Below, in pieces: positions 26,095 through 38,940 of a stretch of DNA of 43,576 nt; the stretch's first letter is position 1; each line of letters opens with the position of its first letter. Source of the stretch: Catajapyx aquilonaris (lineage: Eukaryota). Both the position numbers and the translations under genes were made by a program. The stretch lies in contig KZ538280.1 of assembly GCA_000934665.2 (NCBI GenBank), positions 62,001 to 105,576 of the forward strand. Reading direction: 5' to 3'. A model generated the notes under the pieces. It saw only the letters and a program-made list of their open reading frames with translations. It had not been told where the DNA came from and made no database searches.

Positions 26095-28285
26095 TAATAT
26101 CCTTGTTATAGGTCTACTGACTATAGATTCTAGAATATTTTGAATGCAAATATTTCAACTGCACGCTTTTTCAGCTCAGCTAGAGCAAATTTAGGAATAA
26201 AATGAGGTGAAAATTACTCGCGGAATTAGCATTCTTCGCTAATAAATCGAGTATAGTTTGGCTTAAAATATCGAGTTAATATCACTAAAAATGGCAAAGT
26301 CAATTATCAAGAAGAGGCTTGAGTATCAAATCACTAAAATTAAAACGAAACCACTTTAAAAGTTGCAAAGCATACAGTTATGAATGAAGGGCTTATTAAA
26401 ACAGCGATACACAAACTACGTGCCTCTAATGTTATGTAATTACCAATTGAGAGCAATTTGGAAAGCTTCACTGAATTGCCCTGCACATTCGAGGCTTTCT
26501 TCACACCAGTATCGTACATGTATAAATTTATTGAAAATTATGAATGATGGTTCATCATCACATCCTAAGTTATATGATCAATTTACTTAGAAGGCCATGA
26601 TTGGTACTTGTCCTTTTTCCGGTACAAAATAATAGGCAGGCATGAGGCATGCGTGCTCACTATATCTCGCTGTACACTGTACATGCACGCAAATTTACTG
26701 TATATTGCAGCAAACTACAAACTTCAATAGTAAGCAATAACAAATTGACTTACAAACGGTATGGGTTAAAGACCTATATCAGTAACATATCAACTGTCAG
26801 TGACAGATGACTAAATTTGTATATCTGAAAACTGGTCTCAAACATGACATGGCTCGTTTCCTCTACAAATTATAATCGATCGTTTGCACTTAAATTCAGA
26901 GTTGTACATCAATGCTGTCATGATTCATCAGGCATATACTGTAGGCCTATAGGGATAGCTGATGTTTATCGAGTAATACATTTAACGCTACAAGTATATG
27001 TGTGTGTGCAGCCTATATAACCTTATTATATGAATCCTTCATGAATGAATGAATCGTTATGAGATGAATTCTTGCGTGAAATATGTATCAACGTTTTTAA
27101 GACTTCATTATGTCATTATTTGCACATGGCTAAATAACCAGAGCACGATGCCATGAAGCAAGAGTCTATACAATGGTCTATAATGGTTATTTAGGCGTAA
27201 TCGAAATTTTTTATCATTTGACTCCACCCGAACATATACTATAAGTTACTGACATAATGCTGCAGAAGGTCCATGATAAATATTTGTATAGGATGTCCAT
27301 ATAGTATTTCTAAACACAAACTAAGCTAAAAACAGGAAAGAGTGTCGATGAATAATTAATGCAAGTACAGTAATTAATAACCTTTTCAGAAACGAACAAT
27401 AAGTATAAATATCTCGTTTTGATTAATTTTTAAAATGTTGTGCAAATGACCTTGTGATATTTTTTCGGTAGTTATGGATAGGCCTGCATTGAAGTATTAG
27501 TCAATAATTACATGACATCATAGACGCATAAAACCTCATGACTCATTCGTGCAAAATTGAACAAATGATTGTGCAATTTCTCTCTATAGCTCTTTTAAGG
27601 ATAAACACATTCCCATATCCCCATAGCCTATATTAATGATAGCTATACTCATATCATGCCCTCATAAAATAGTGCAAAGCTTGAAGATTGTGCGATATAA
27701 CCTATTATTTGATTAGTAAGTTGTCCATTTTATTTCCTATAGCGTACTTTTTATGTGGCGGTTAGATGAATTTTGCTCCACTGTCTTCCCCATGCCTCGA
27801 CATCTTATGGCTGAAATGCATGCTACGTAACTCTTATAACTTACAATGCATAATGTAGTATATGCTTTTTAACACATTCATTTTCTTATAATACTGTGTT
27901 TGACTATAGCAGGGTCCGTGGTTAGCAATTTTTGCCGCTAAGCTGCTTGTTATTCAGCAACTACTTTCGAGTTTGTTTTTGATAACCTATAAAAGTAGTA
28001 ATTATAAAGTAACTGCATATAACTAATCAGTTTAGTACAAAAATTGCAGACTTGAATTTATTCAAATACACTGCTTTCGTAAATTCGGATTCGCATATGA
28101 CAGATTTTTGAAGGTATATACTGGACAATTTTCGGTCAGCAGTTCGAAGCAACTCATGTTACCTCGACTGTCTTATTCTTGTTTATAGGGAGCAGTCATC
28201 AAACTATTGCTCATGACCAAACATAGTCCCATGGATCTACCTGCGTATGGGGCAGATGCAATCTCGCTCATTTGTCTCTATATAG

Positions 28286-28301
28286 CTCGTATATATACGA
28301 G
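28286..28301. repeat. Perfect 16-nt palindrome CTCGTATATATACGAG
   Basis: Direct reading. Confidence 0.9.
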
Positions 28302-31300
28302 TATAGTGTATACCACACGCGCGGATGCTGAATATGAGTGTTGTACTTAATAACTGCATCGCAATTACGTAAGAAATAACAATCAACTCATTTCGTTGCT
28401 GTATAGCATTTGTATTTAAACTTTGTCATGTTTCGTCTATAATGACTTCAGAAATTACCGAAAATAAGTAAGAATGCTCCTATAAAAATACCAATGACAT
28501 CACCGTGCTGCTATTGTTATTACGACTGGTTTGTAATGGTGATATTATTTGACAATCCCAAAATAAGCAGCCAAAAATACCACCGCAGACGCTATATTAT
28601 AACGATGCGACCATTTAAAAACCTTCATAAATTTGGTCCGCCCGTTTGTATACATCATGCTCTATATGCATGAAAAAGACCAAACCTCAAGATGGCCTTG
28701 CCACATTTCCTGACTTCCGTATGCGTGGTATGCGATTACGTGGGGGCCTCGCCACTAAAAACAAAAAGCCACATACCCCCATCTCATTCGTCCACGTCAT
28801 CCCGCTGTCTTCAACCCTTCCGGTCACCAATGACCTTCCTCCATACAAATAATTTTTGTAAAAATCTGGGGAGTAAACCTCCTCCTCCTCCTTCTATGAA
28901 CCAAATCTCCTAAGGGCGGCGCCATGGGAACGTATTACAGAGGTCACGGAATCGCAGCAGGTCATGCTCCACGTATCCTCCCATCCTGGTATGGCCCCCT
29001 TCCGCACCCAGCTTTTCACCCAGCTTCCGTCTCTATTTCCATCTCTCTCTTTTTCTGATGCACCAGAGAGACCGGGGTGAAAACCCTCCCATCACCTCTC
29101 TATATCCCGCAATCTGCACTTTCCCAAAAACACATTCCGGCGGAAACGAGACAAGTAGAGCGTCGCGAGCGCCTTTTCAAATAACCTCCACCCCCCCTAA
29201 AAAAAAATGTCCACACCCAAAACTCCCTGCAGATTGTGACGATACGTTAAGGTGTCATTTGGCATGCCGAAACTGTTTCAACAGAAGGGGCCGTCGACCT
29301 CCACTCCTTGCAGCTTGGTACATCGTATTTAGGCGTGCTGTTTTTTAAATGGGGACGGCAGAGTGACGTCACTGACAAGTTCATCCCGCCAGAACAATCA
29401 CAACATCGCTCAAAAAAACCCGATTTCAGGGGCGTCCAAAGCCCGTGTGAAAGGGAAGAAAAATCAATTACAGTGGAGGTAGAAGCATGCGCAAGAGGTA
29501 GGGGCGGGGTCAGCCATCCCATACTCTCTCCCCCCCTCTATGCACGACACACACACTCCCTCCCTTCAAAAAAAAACCATCTCCCACAATTCTGCCTTCC
29601 CGCCCCCCCACCCCCCACCCCACGAACGTCTTCCCCAGAGAATTGCGGACTCTCCTAATTGTTGCACCGCGCGTTAATTTATTCATTAGGCTAATTTGGG
29701 TCTGTCTCTTTGATTAGCGCCCTGCCTTATTCCCTTTGGTACACCCCCTCACATCTCCCAACCTCCCCCGTTCCAGCCAGGGGTGTGGTCAGGGCTTCTA
29801 CTTCCGGAATTGGGATGCAATATCGCACGTCTTCCCATTCATCCAAAAGCCGCCATCTTTTCTAGCCTATATACTAGAAATAGGGAAAATTTTTGAGCCC
29901 ATTACGCTCTGCTGGATCTCCCCATGTTTGATTTCCCGCTCGCTTATTCCGCACCAAGAGCTACTGCGGACTCTAAAGCCGATTTCAACATAGTCTATAG
30001 GATTGTAATTCACAATTTCCCTAGCAAGGTGATGTGTCTATTCTTTGTCTGCACTGGAAAGTCACTCTGGTGTGAATTTTCCTCGCCATGACAACCGGTC
30101 CTCGATTTAATTATGTCCGCTACCATCATTAATAACCTGATATTAGACCTGAGGTGACCGTACGCTTAAGGTGCTGGCAACATTGGGCGTGTCCGTACCA
30201 CCCTAACACCTCACGATCACGAAAGCAAACATACCGAGGGTTGAAAGACGTACGGACCACTTCAGGGGGTATTGGAACACGACAGGTGGCGTCAAAATTT
30301 GTTGACCTAGGCGCTGCTGCCTCATTTGCCTTGCATTATTCCATAAATGTCTAGCGAGTTTTTTTTTTTTTCTTTTTCGTTTTTTAAAATCCATCTTGGG
30401 AAGGGAAAATCTTTCGGTGCGGGGTTGAGCCTGTTGAACCCTAGAGATTCAGAGGCAAGATTCAGGTGGCGAACGAGGCTCTTGGGAGCATACACCCTCT
30501 CTAAACACACCCATATATACACACTGGCAGCACGCGACTACTGGGACTTGGTGAACATGGAGCAGGTTAGGCCCACAGGGGCGTGGCTGTCCCAAGACGA
30601 ACTGTGCGGAACATCCGTCACACTCCTTTCCCGCCCCTTCCCATCGCCGGGACGCACGCGACCTGGTCGTCAACTGTCCCCGGAGGCACAACAATCGCCA
30701 TATCTGATTGTTGCCCGCATCTCTCGGGAACCGCCCTTTAGGCTCACTGATATAACATGGATGGTCCAAACGGGTCAGCACCATCTCTCACCAGTTTTGG
30801 TCAGGTGTTTCTGACACAAAGAAGCGCATATTTAAATAGGTCCGATAATGGCCATATCGTACATGGGTTCAACCTTGTTAAGACAAAGGAAAGTTCTGCG
30901 CTATCTGAAATGACCTGAGCCAATCTGGTCTCAATTTGGTAAACAATTTTTACTGATAGCAACAAATGAGACCACTGGTCCTCTCTTTCTTGCGTTACAA
31001 TATCAGATTATGCAGCCCCCAAATCCCAATTAGCCTATAAGAGGTGGGGGAGGTTAAGATTATCTTTTGTGACCGATAGTATGTATAGGGGTTATTCAGC
31101 TCAGTTTACCTTTGTGCTTGGAGCTGTTTGGACCTCCTTGCTTGCTACTGGTTGCCAAAATACGGTAGAAGCCACTGCACTTTGGGTTTTATCGAGCGAT
31201 CTGCTGCATCGACAGCCTGCACTACATTGCACGGCGCTGGCTTAGGCATCATATACATACGGTATGTCATTTATCTCAATGTAGATGCCCGATCCTAGTT

Positions 31301-32101
31301 TGGATGGGAGGGGTGGGTGGGTGGGAAAATCGGAGGACTTAACGAGAGCGCTCTAACCGTCCACAGACCAACAAACCAACCGAACCAATCAAACCGTGAT
31401 TGAACAAACCAAACCCGACATGTAAAATTCATGCTGCTTCGTGTAAAAATTCCAATATCAGACCAGGAAAGAGTCGTGTCCAATCGTAATTCGGGGGCCT
31501 ACTGGTCCTGCCCTATTTTTTTGCCTCCCAACTGTTGCAAATCGGATTGATAACCCACGTGACGTAAACACATTTTGGCCCAGACTCTCTGTGGGATAGG
31601 GCCTGAAGATAACCTAGGTTACCCACCCTCATTTTTCTAGTGACAAACTACACATATGGGACCACCCCCCTACTCTCAAATCAAACCACCAGTCACATAT
31701 CCTTCCAAGTTATGAAAATACCGTCACGAAAACCTTTTTATTGATCAGTTATCAGCACACATTACATGCATCACGCCCATTCAACTACCAAAGATCATAG
31801 CATGCAAACCCCCCCCCCCCNCCCCCCTCTAGTTTTTTTTTTTGCCCTATATAGCATATGAGGCTCATATCGAGCCTTGCCACCTCTCTCCCAAATGAGC
31901 CTCATGATGTGAGGTAATGATGTTTGTTTGGATGATGGTGCGGCTTTCATGGCTCCCAGGCTCATCTTGGCGGTCATTCTGCAGCGCTGCTGCCTTTCGC
32001 CTTTTCAACCCACCCTATAAGCTATAGTCCCCACCCTCTAAATATTTGAAACCAGGTTTTACCCTATTGATATCCTTCAAACTTGGGGAAATATTAGTAT
32101 C

Positions 32102-32132
32102 CACACACACACACACACACACAAAAAAAAAA
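32102..32132 (+). repeat. (CA)11 microsatellite plus A-run
   Basis: Direct reading. Confidence 0.95.
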
Positions 32133-32416
32133 TCTGGCTAATTTACATTCTGCGGCAGGAATAATTTGGAGGGGGGCGGTAAAAGTCAATTAATATTTTC
32201 TTAGCTAAAGCAGGATGGGGCTGTGGGGGCTTAAGGGGAGGATTACAGGCCCGGTAGATGGATATTCATTTTGCAAAATCTGGCGGCATGGAAGATAACC
32301 GCCCCCGTTTCCCAAAGGCAGCAATTAAAACCCGGGCCTCGGACGTAAGGGAAAAGGAACCAGCCGGGGTTATAGCCGCACCAAAGTAGGTTTTACAAGT
32401 GCATCTCCCCCCCCCC

Positions 32417-32573
32417 NNNNNNNNNNNNNNNNNNNNNNNNNNNNNNNNNNNNNNNNNNNNNNNNNNNNNNNNNNNNNNNNNNNNNNNNNNNNNNNNNNNN
32501 NNNNNNNNNNNNNNNNNNNNNNNNNNNNNNNNNNNNNNNNNNNNNNNNNNNNNNNNNNNNNNNNNNNNNNNNN
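32417..32573. other. Assembly gap between a C-run and a G-run
   Basis: N run. Confidence 0.99.
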
Positions 32574-34572
32574 GGGGGTAGGGGGGGTAGGGGAGTTGTA
32601 ATTAGGCATTTTTTCTCCCCCACGTGATGTGTGCGGTCAGCAAAATTAATATGTGGGGGTTCATGCGCTTCTGCTTATAGTTCTGCCAGGCTCATATGGA
32701 AGGGCCGGGGCTGGGGGGCGAGACGGGAGGGGGGGTGGGGGTGGGGGGTATGTAATTATAGAACCCATAGGCCCAACCCATGTTTCAGGATTTTAATAAT
32801 CGTCATCCTCTTCTGCGGCCGGTTATTAAGCCTTGGAAATAACTGAGGGGAAACTTGGCCCTTAACGCTTCTCCAATATGCGCAACGTTGTTTCNCCCCC
32901 CCAAAAAAAAAAAATCCAAAATGCAACAATTCTGGTGACAACGCACCCGCAAATAGGCCGCCTTCATTATCAAAATTGCGCCCATTACTGTGATTAGCGC
33001 CCGGATTTTTGGGCGGCAGCAATGTTGGCCACAATTTTTTTTTCTCTCTCTCTCCGTACATATACGGTACGTGCGTGTATGTTGTTCTCTCTCATCACCT
33101 ACACCCCAGTCCCCCCCTTTTCCCCCATCCCAAAGCCCATTGATCGATCTGACAACGTCCGAGCGAGAAATGCATGTCCAACCAACCCTCCCCGCTTTCC
33201 CCCTCCTCCCCATCCCCCAGAGGCTTTTTCCTCCTCCATCCATCCCGTCCGCGTCTCTCATTTCCGCTGCTAAGTGCATGCATAAAAGACTCTTTCGCAC
33301 TTGTTCATCGTAAACAGCTTGTCGATTAGCCGTTTGTGTGGGTGGAAGCCGCTGCCAGATCACATAGCCTTAGTCCGCGCTTAGTCCGAGTCTAGTCCTC
33401 TCTAAGGTCGGGTGCAAAAGTCGTTTGTGTCCGGTCTAAATTCCCTATCGGCGTGCCACCTGCCGGCTGGAGTGACATAACCACAAGTTGTTTGCTATAT
33501 AGGGGGAAGAGACTCCAGATGTAAAGGTTGGCCGGAAAAGAAGCCAGATGTCCTGGGAAGCAAGGCGCGTGCCGGGCTTTTTCCCCCATATCCGGGGGTG
33601 TCCAAACCAGCCTGAAGCTTCATGAAAAGCCTGATGCGTGGATCATATTTAATTGCGTAACAAGGATCATTGAGCTTTGCATTCCGAACCAGGGCGGTGT
33701 GGAAATATGATTTGGTCGACACGGCCATCGCTTGACATTTTGTTTCCATAAATTAGTTTGGCACCTAGTAGTATTGTGGAGGCTATTGGTTGCACGTGGG
33801 TTCAAATATGAGGAGGAGGGTAAGCTCTCATTAAGATGCAGCCAGACATATAAAAGAAGTGCTTGGGAGGGTTGGTCCCCCGACAGCAGCCTCCCCGAAA
33901 GGACCTGAATGCATCTTCCCAACAAAGGACCCGCCACCATTGTTCGTCCTCAGCTTGTGCTGGTCCCTATAGAACAGGCACGCTTACCAAGGCTGCCAGA
34001 TTCTTTTAAGGCCATTCAAAGATCCCCATCCCCACATTGTAAACAAGGCCTTGGGGAGAGCCCCTTGTGTGCGTCATGGTGACGTCACTAGGGTGCCCAG
34101 ACTACAAGAAAACGCGGGTTGACAGATGGCAGAGGTCAAGGCGCCGCCGCCTTGCCAGAGTTACAGGTATACACCCCTACCCAGCAAAAAACCGGAAGCA
34201 GTAAACAGTAGTGTTCGACCATCTGCCCTCCACCATCTAGTTTTTTAAATACAATCGGCAACGTGGCATCCAGGCACGTGTCTTGGCCAGCACCTTGGTC
34301 TGCCAGGTGTCAATGGTCACATGGAGGGTTGAACGGGCTCTAGTGACATCACCATTAAATGGCCCGACACAAATTTGCTGCAAAAAACAAACAAACCGGG
34401 GGCATTCAATTTGCGAATGATTTTAGGGTGCAAGATGGCCCCGTCAAGGTGGCTTTTATGGAGTCGGTGAAGGATTCTGAGCACCAGTAATGACGTTGGA
34501 TGCTGGAAAGTTTTGCGTCGTAAAACCTAATCGGGACTATAGGAGCGGTATCGTGTCCCCCCCCCCCCCCCC

Positions 34573-34780
34573 NNNNNNNNNNNNNNNNNNNNNNNNNNNN
34601 NNNNNNNNNNNNNNNNNNNNNNNNNNNNNNNNNNNNNNNNNNNNNNNNNNNNNNNNNNNNNNNNNNNNNNNNNNNNNNNNNNNNNNNNNNNNNNNNNNNN
34701 NNNNNNNNNNNNNNNNNNNNNNNNNNNNNNNNNNNNNNNNNNNNNNNNNNNNNNNNNNNNNNNNNNNNNNNNNNNNNNNN
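34573..34780. other. Assembly gap after a C-run
   Basis: N run. Confidence 0.99.
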
Positions 34781-36350
34781 GGTTATTTCCGAGTCTGAAT
34801 TTTTCTCAAGAAAACGTACTGTGGACACCAGGTGCCAAAGTGCATCATCACTCCCGCCGTTACACGCAACCCTCCCCAAAAAGTACACACACCTTTTAAA
34901 AAATAAAAATAAAATTGTAACCCCTCACGCGAGCGATCGGGCGATACCTGCTGCAAACATGTGCGCCTTTTCCGCGACTCGCTTGCACGCTTGTCCCCAA
35001 TGGTGCCAATTCCGAAATGGCAGTCGATTAATTTCCGCCAAAAGAAAAGGCTTGCGGTTGCCAGATGCGGTCCAATCTTCTTCTTATTGGGTCGCGGGGA
35101 CGCTGCTGCCGGCCGCCTTTCATCGTGCGACAATGAGACCTCGAACAATACGGGGCAACCTACACTCCAAAGAAGGGGGGAGGGGGGGGGGTGGCCTTTT
35201 CATGACACAAGGCAGCTGCCCAAATTGGACCAACCCTTCCGAGGTGGCTGCCCCGACACTTATTTGTTGTCTTGGAAACAACTGCTCAATATTATTGGTT
35301 CTAAGACATTCTAGGGCAGCTGGTGACCGTGGCCTTGATGGGAAAAGGGGGTTTGGAAAAAAAAGAGGTTAGCCGTAAGAAAAGGTTCAGCTGCCTTATT
35401 TTGTCTTGGAAGAAGGGTAACAACCGACTGGACCAATGGAGTAAATATTTTTCAAACGCCTGCATATTTGTGCAAAAATGACACAAATTTGAAGAAAATT
35501 GAGTTATGGGTTGCATATAGTGGGGGGAATTGTCAACATGTAAATATGAGCAAAAAACATTCCATAAAAAATGACGAAAATAGTACATTATTAGTTTATA
35601 GCTTATAGGCTAACAAACAAAAAACATGAAGGGGTAATCCAAATCAATAAATATGGCAATCAAATTTCATTTTTCTACTATGGCTGCACTCGTATGTACT
35701 GTTATTTTAATCGAAGAAATTGATTAGCCCAGTCGCATTTGTGTCCTTTTTTGAGCTAATCGGCACATTCCTTATAGATTTTCCTCATTCGTTTGTAAGG
35801 CGCGTCCTAATGGTACCGATGGCACCTTTACAGACTAGCTGCATTGGGTCAGTGAATTCTGACCACCCGGACATAAAAGCCTAGCCGGAATGGTTTGGTC
35901 TAACCCTCCTGGATCCAGATAAAAAAAATATATATATATACAGAGGCTTGTAAGGGGCCGGAACCTGGGCTGGAAGTAGCGGATCCTGCATTTCCAGGGA
36001 GGAACAATCGAGCCCTGTATTGTGAGGTAGAGAAAAGAGGCGGCGAGTGACGCCAAGCCAGCCCCGAGTAATGGTGATCACAATGAAATCCGGTTGGGGG
36101 TTTCTTCCCAGCCGGTTAGTTGGTTATGCAAGCACACTTTGGATAGGGAGGGCACGAGGGGGTCTGAGGGGCGTCTGCCTAAACCAACAATAGGGAAGGA
36201 TCCATTGTGACTAAGACACGCGTCTGGGCAATGTTGCCATTTTTTTCCATATATATTTTTTTTTCGGTAACAAGTATCGCATGTCGTTTGCAATTACTCG
36301 ACTTGATTTTGACCCCTTCGAAGCACCATCTGCGGAGGTTTATGTGAATC

Positions 36351-36521
36351 GACGGAAGTAGGAAGCGGAAACAAGCGGGGGCGAAGGGTGAGAGATCACT
36401 CAGGCGAGGATGCAAGCAGATGCGGTCCAATCGTCATCGAGGGGGATAAGTGTCCCCTTCTAAGATGGCGGCTTGGAGTAGGGGGGGAACGTGGCCACTT
36501 TTGTTTCCAAGCCAGGTGAGA
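36351..36521 (+). promoter_or_regulatory. Candidate Pol II promoter/first exon: ETS-like GGAA triplet, YY1 consensus AAGATGGCGGC, donor-like CAG|GTGAGA
   Basis: cggaagtaggaagcggaaac at 36353-36372; aagatggcggc at 36462; donor after 36515. No downstream exon found. Confidence 0.3.
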
Positions 36522-36585
36522 TGAGAGGACAGGACGGGCCACCTGGAGACGCCGTCTATTGTCAGAGGCACGCGATTGCCACCTG

Positions 36586-37010
36586 TGACGTCATCACCAG
36601 CTGCGCTTTTTTTTTCGGGGATACGTTCCTTCCGGTGTTACGGACGCGATTCTTCCAAGTCAGCTGGCAGTGACTATTCTTCAGGAGGGGGGGGGGGGGG
36701 GATACGAACATGCCAAATATTGCTGGTCCAGATACCAGGTGCGGTACCTAAGAGCACCCTCCCCATTTGTTCCGAAGATGAAGGCGCGGGGGTTCTCGAC
36801 AGCTGTTAAGACCCTACCAGGTGGGCTAATACCGGTGATGCAAAAGATTTGTGACGTCACTTTTTTTTGTAAGGCCCGTTACGTCTTCTTCAGGCGTCAG
36901 CTGTTCGTCTTTCATGCTTCAAAGGAGGTGACGTTCTTACCTGTTACGCCTTAAGGGTCAGGCACGTCATAGGCACCTGCGTCACTCCCAGAAAGACGTT
37001 AGTGACGTCA
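36586..37010. promoter_or_regulatory. Homotypic CRE (TGACGTCA) cluster
   Basis: Full sites at 36586, 36852 and 37003 plus several ACGT/CGTCA half-sites between them. Confidence 0.5.
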
Positions 37011-38940
37011 CGGATTCCATACCCGGCTCGTTTTTAACCGAGCGTAAACTACTAAATTATGGTACTTAAACCGTAAAAGGGGCTAATTAATAGTGCGGGA
37101 ATCTGTTTTCATGCTGGGGCCCACTTAAGAGAACGGGTTTGTATGCAAAAATTATCGACTTTTAGCTAGCTGTAATTTTTATCACCCTTGTCAATCTTGA
37201 TCGGAGTTGCAACGCTGACGCCCACCTTTGTCATTTCGCCTTTAATCAAACGCAACAACACCGAACCATACAAAAAAGTGCGTGTTCAGCAAACAAGTGA
37301 GCGTCAAGCGCAGATATTTCTGGTCAAAAAAAAAAAAGTTGGGAAAGTGCAAAAGACAGGGTTGGAAATAGGCTCTCTGTACGTGTGTGTGTATGTGTGT
37401 GTGTACTTTCCCTTTGATGGGAGAGACGTAAGCGCGTTTAATTAATTGGCATAAATCGAATTATCCGTGGCTGCGGCGGATGTGATGGATCCGAAGGCGG
37501 TGGCCAAGGGGTTAATCGCCCCATCCCTTCCCAGCAAAATGGACTCCCAGCGCCACTTTCACTCACTTAGGCCCGAGTGACCCCTCCCGCCCTCTTTTTA
37601 TTTATTCCCACTTTCCGGACATGGTTAATGTGCGCCTACTAATCGCACGTACTCGCGCGCAAAAAACTCTCGATCAAACATTGACCAAAGTTTTATGCTG
37701 CACAAGCACCCCTCGGACGCCCACCCCTTATCTTCTCAAAAATATGGCGTGCTGTAATTTGAGTGGGGGGGAGAAAAACTCTTCCCAGAGAGTCCAGTAA
37801 AATACGGTACGTCACTGATGAGGTACCGGAAAGGAGGGTTCGGAGGAAATCATCGTCGAGGGTGAGAAGAACCCACCTGGTGTTTCAACCGAAATTGGAC
37901 GATATCGCCCCAAAGTGCTTTCATTCAGGGAAAAGAGAGGGGGTCACGTGCCAAGTTATTCTTTGCGCAACAAATCACTGCCGTGTTTCCAAACGCGAGT
38001 AATCTGGGCAAATCCGGATTGATTGTTTCATAACTGCACCCGAATAACAGCGTCCGGATTATGCCACGTGGCCCATTAATAATTGGGCTGCCCACTCGAC
38101 TCGCTTATCTTGCCTCTTTCTCATTTCCGTGTTATTTTTTTATTTTTGTATTTTTTTAAAAAAGGGGGTGGGGTGGGGTGGGGGGAAGCCTCACGCACTA
38201 TCAAAGCTCCCTATGTCAATTGATACCCAATCGGGACTTGTAACGAGACAATGTGATTGGCATAATGTGGTTGGCTGCGTTTGACTGGACCCTCTTTGTC
38301 GCCAATTGATGTTGATTCATTAGGACCTTCAACAGTCACCAGGGACTGGACCGGCCTCGGACTTGTCTATTAGTCGTCTTACACCTACCTGGGGGGGAAA
38401 AATAGACAGGATCAATATATAGCACATATGGCATATACGGCTGGGAACTATACCCGCATGGGACGCCATGTGACAGGTGTAACGTGTTATCGGAATAGCC
38501 TCCCCTTCCTCTTCCGATAAGACACCGGGCAAATGCCTTATTGCCATTGGTGGAGAATTCAAAATTTCAAAAGGCTTCTCCAGTTTTTCTTTCAAACTTG
38601 TGGTCCTCCCCTCTCTATAGCAAACCACCCCCGCCTTGGATTATCGTAGCTAATTATCATGGTCACCCCCTCGGTGGTCGCGCAACAATTCCTCCTGCAA
38701 CTATTATATGGGGGAATGGATGGGGAAGGGGAGAGAGACTTCTGCTGCTTGGGGCTTCCCTAACAACATGGGAGAAGAGGGGACTTTGGGCTGCTTCACA
38801 TCTGTCGCAGAGTCCGGATTTTCAACCGGAACCGCCCCCCAAGCCTCACCTCCTTTGACACTATGAATAGCTGGATACCTTCATAGAAACACGGGGCCAT
38901 TTGGCCTCCGATCAACTGTACGATTTTGGGGATTGCTGGA
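36651..38940 (+). repeat. Diverged tandem unit U9 (about 2.3 kb, shortest; middle apparently deleted)
   Basis: vs U1: atgaaggc 114/36778, tgacgtcac 236/36852, gtc+A-run 1108/37323, gcgcg..ttaatta 1309/37432, ggcggatg 1383/37475. Offset then jumps: ggtcacgtgc 4648/37942, G-tract 4885/38165, accggg 5165/38524. Confidence 0.6.

Larger units (their letters stand above)
23031..29390 (+). repeat. Diverged tandem unit U6 (about 6.4 kb, AT-rich middle 25450-28640)
   Basis: Dense anchor chain to U5, offset 5.7-6.8 kb (see U5). Also tccgcac..agctt 22456/29001, and cccaggcacaatttg near 24387 vs U1 ccctggcaatttg 1284. Confidence 0.8.
29391..33650 (+). repeat. Diverged tandem unit U7 (about 4.3 kb)
   Basis: vs U6: tgcggact 23489/29644, tttggta 23516/29735, ccagcc 23578/29773. 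vs U1: atggtcca 1538/30761, atatgtggggg 4666/32649, gtgacat 5818/33472. Confidence 0.6.
33651..36650 (+). repeat. Diverged tandem unit U8 (about 3.0 kb)
   Basis: vs U1: ctcagctt 302/33949, aaaaaaccgg 820/34186, ggcacgtg 843/34273, atgacgt 1343/34490, ctggaa 1373/34503, C-tract 1560/34557, tgccggc 2363/35107. Confidence 0.55.

Noticed and set aside
30347..30814. 155-aa ORF
   Set aside because: No recognisable family and no counterpart noticed in homologous units.
37815..37832. Hammerhead-like CTGATGAG..GAAA (similar on - at about 21910-21928)
   Set aside because: Stem II closing pair is wrong (G before GAAA) and there are no stems I/III.
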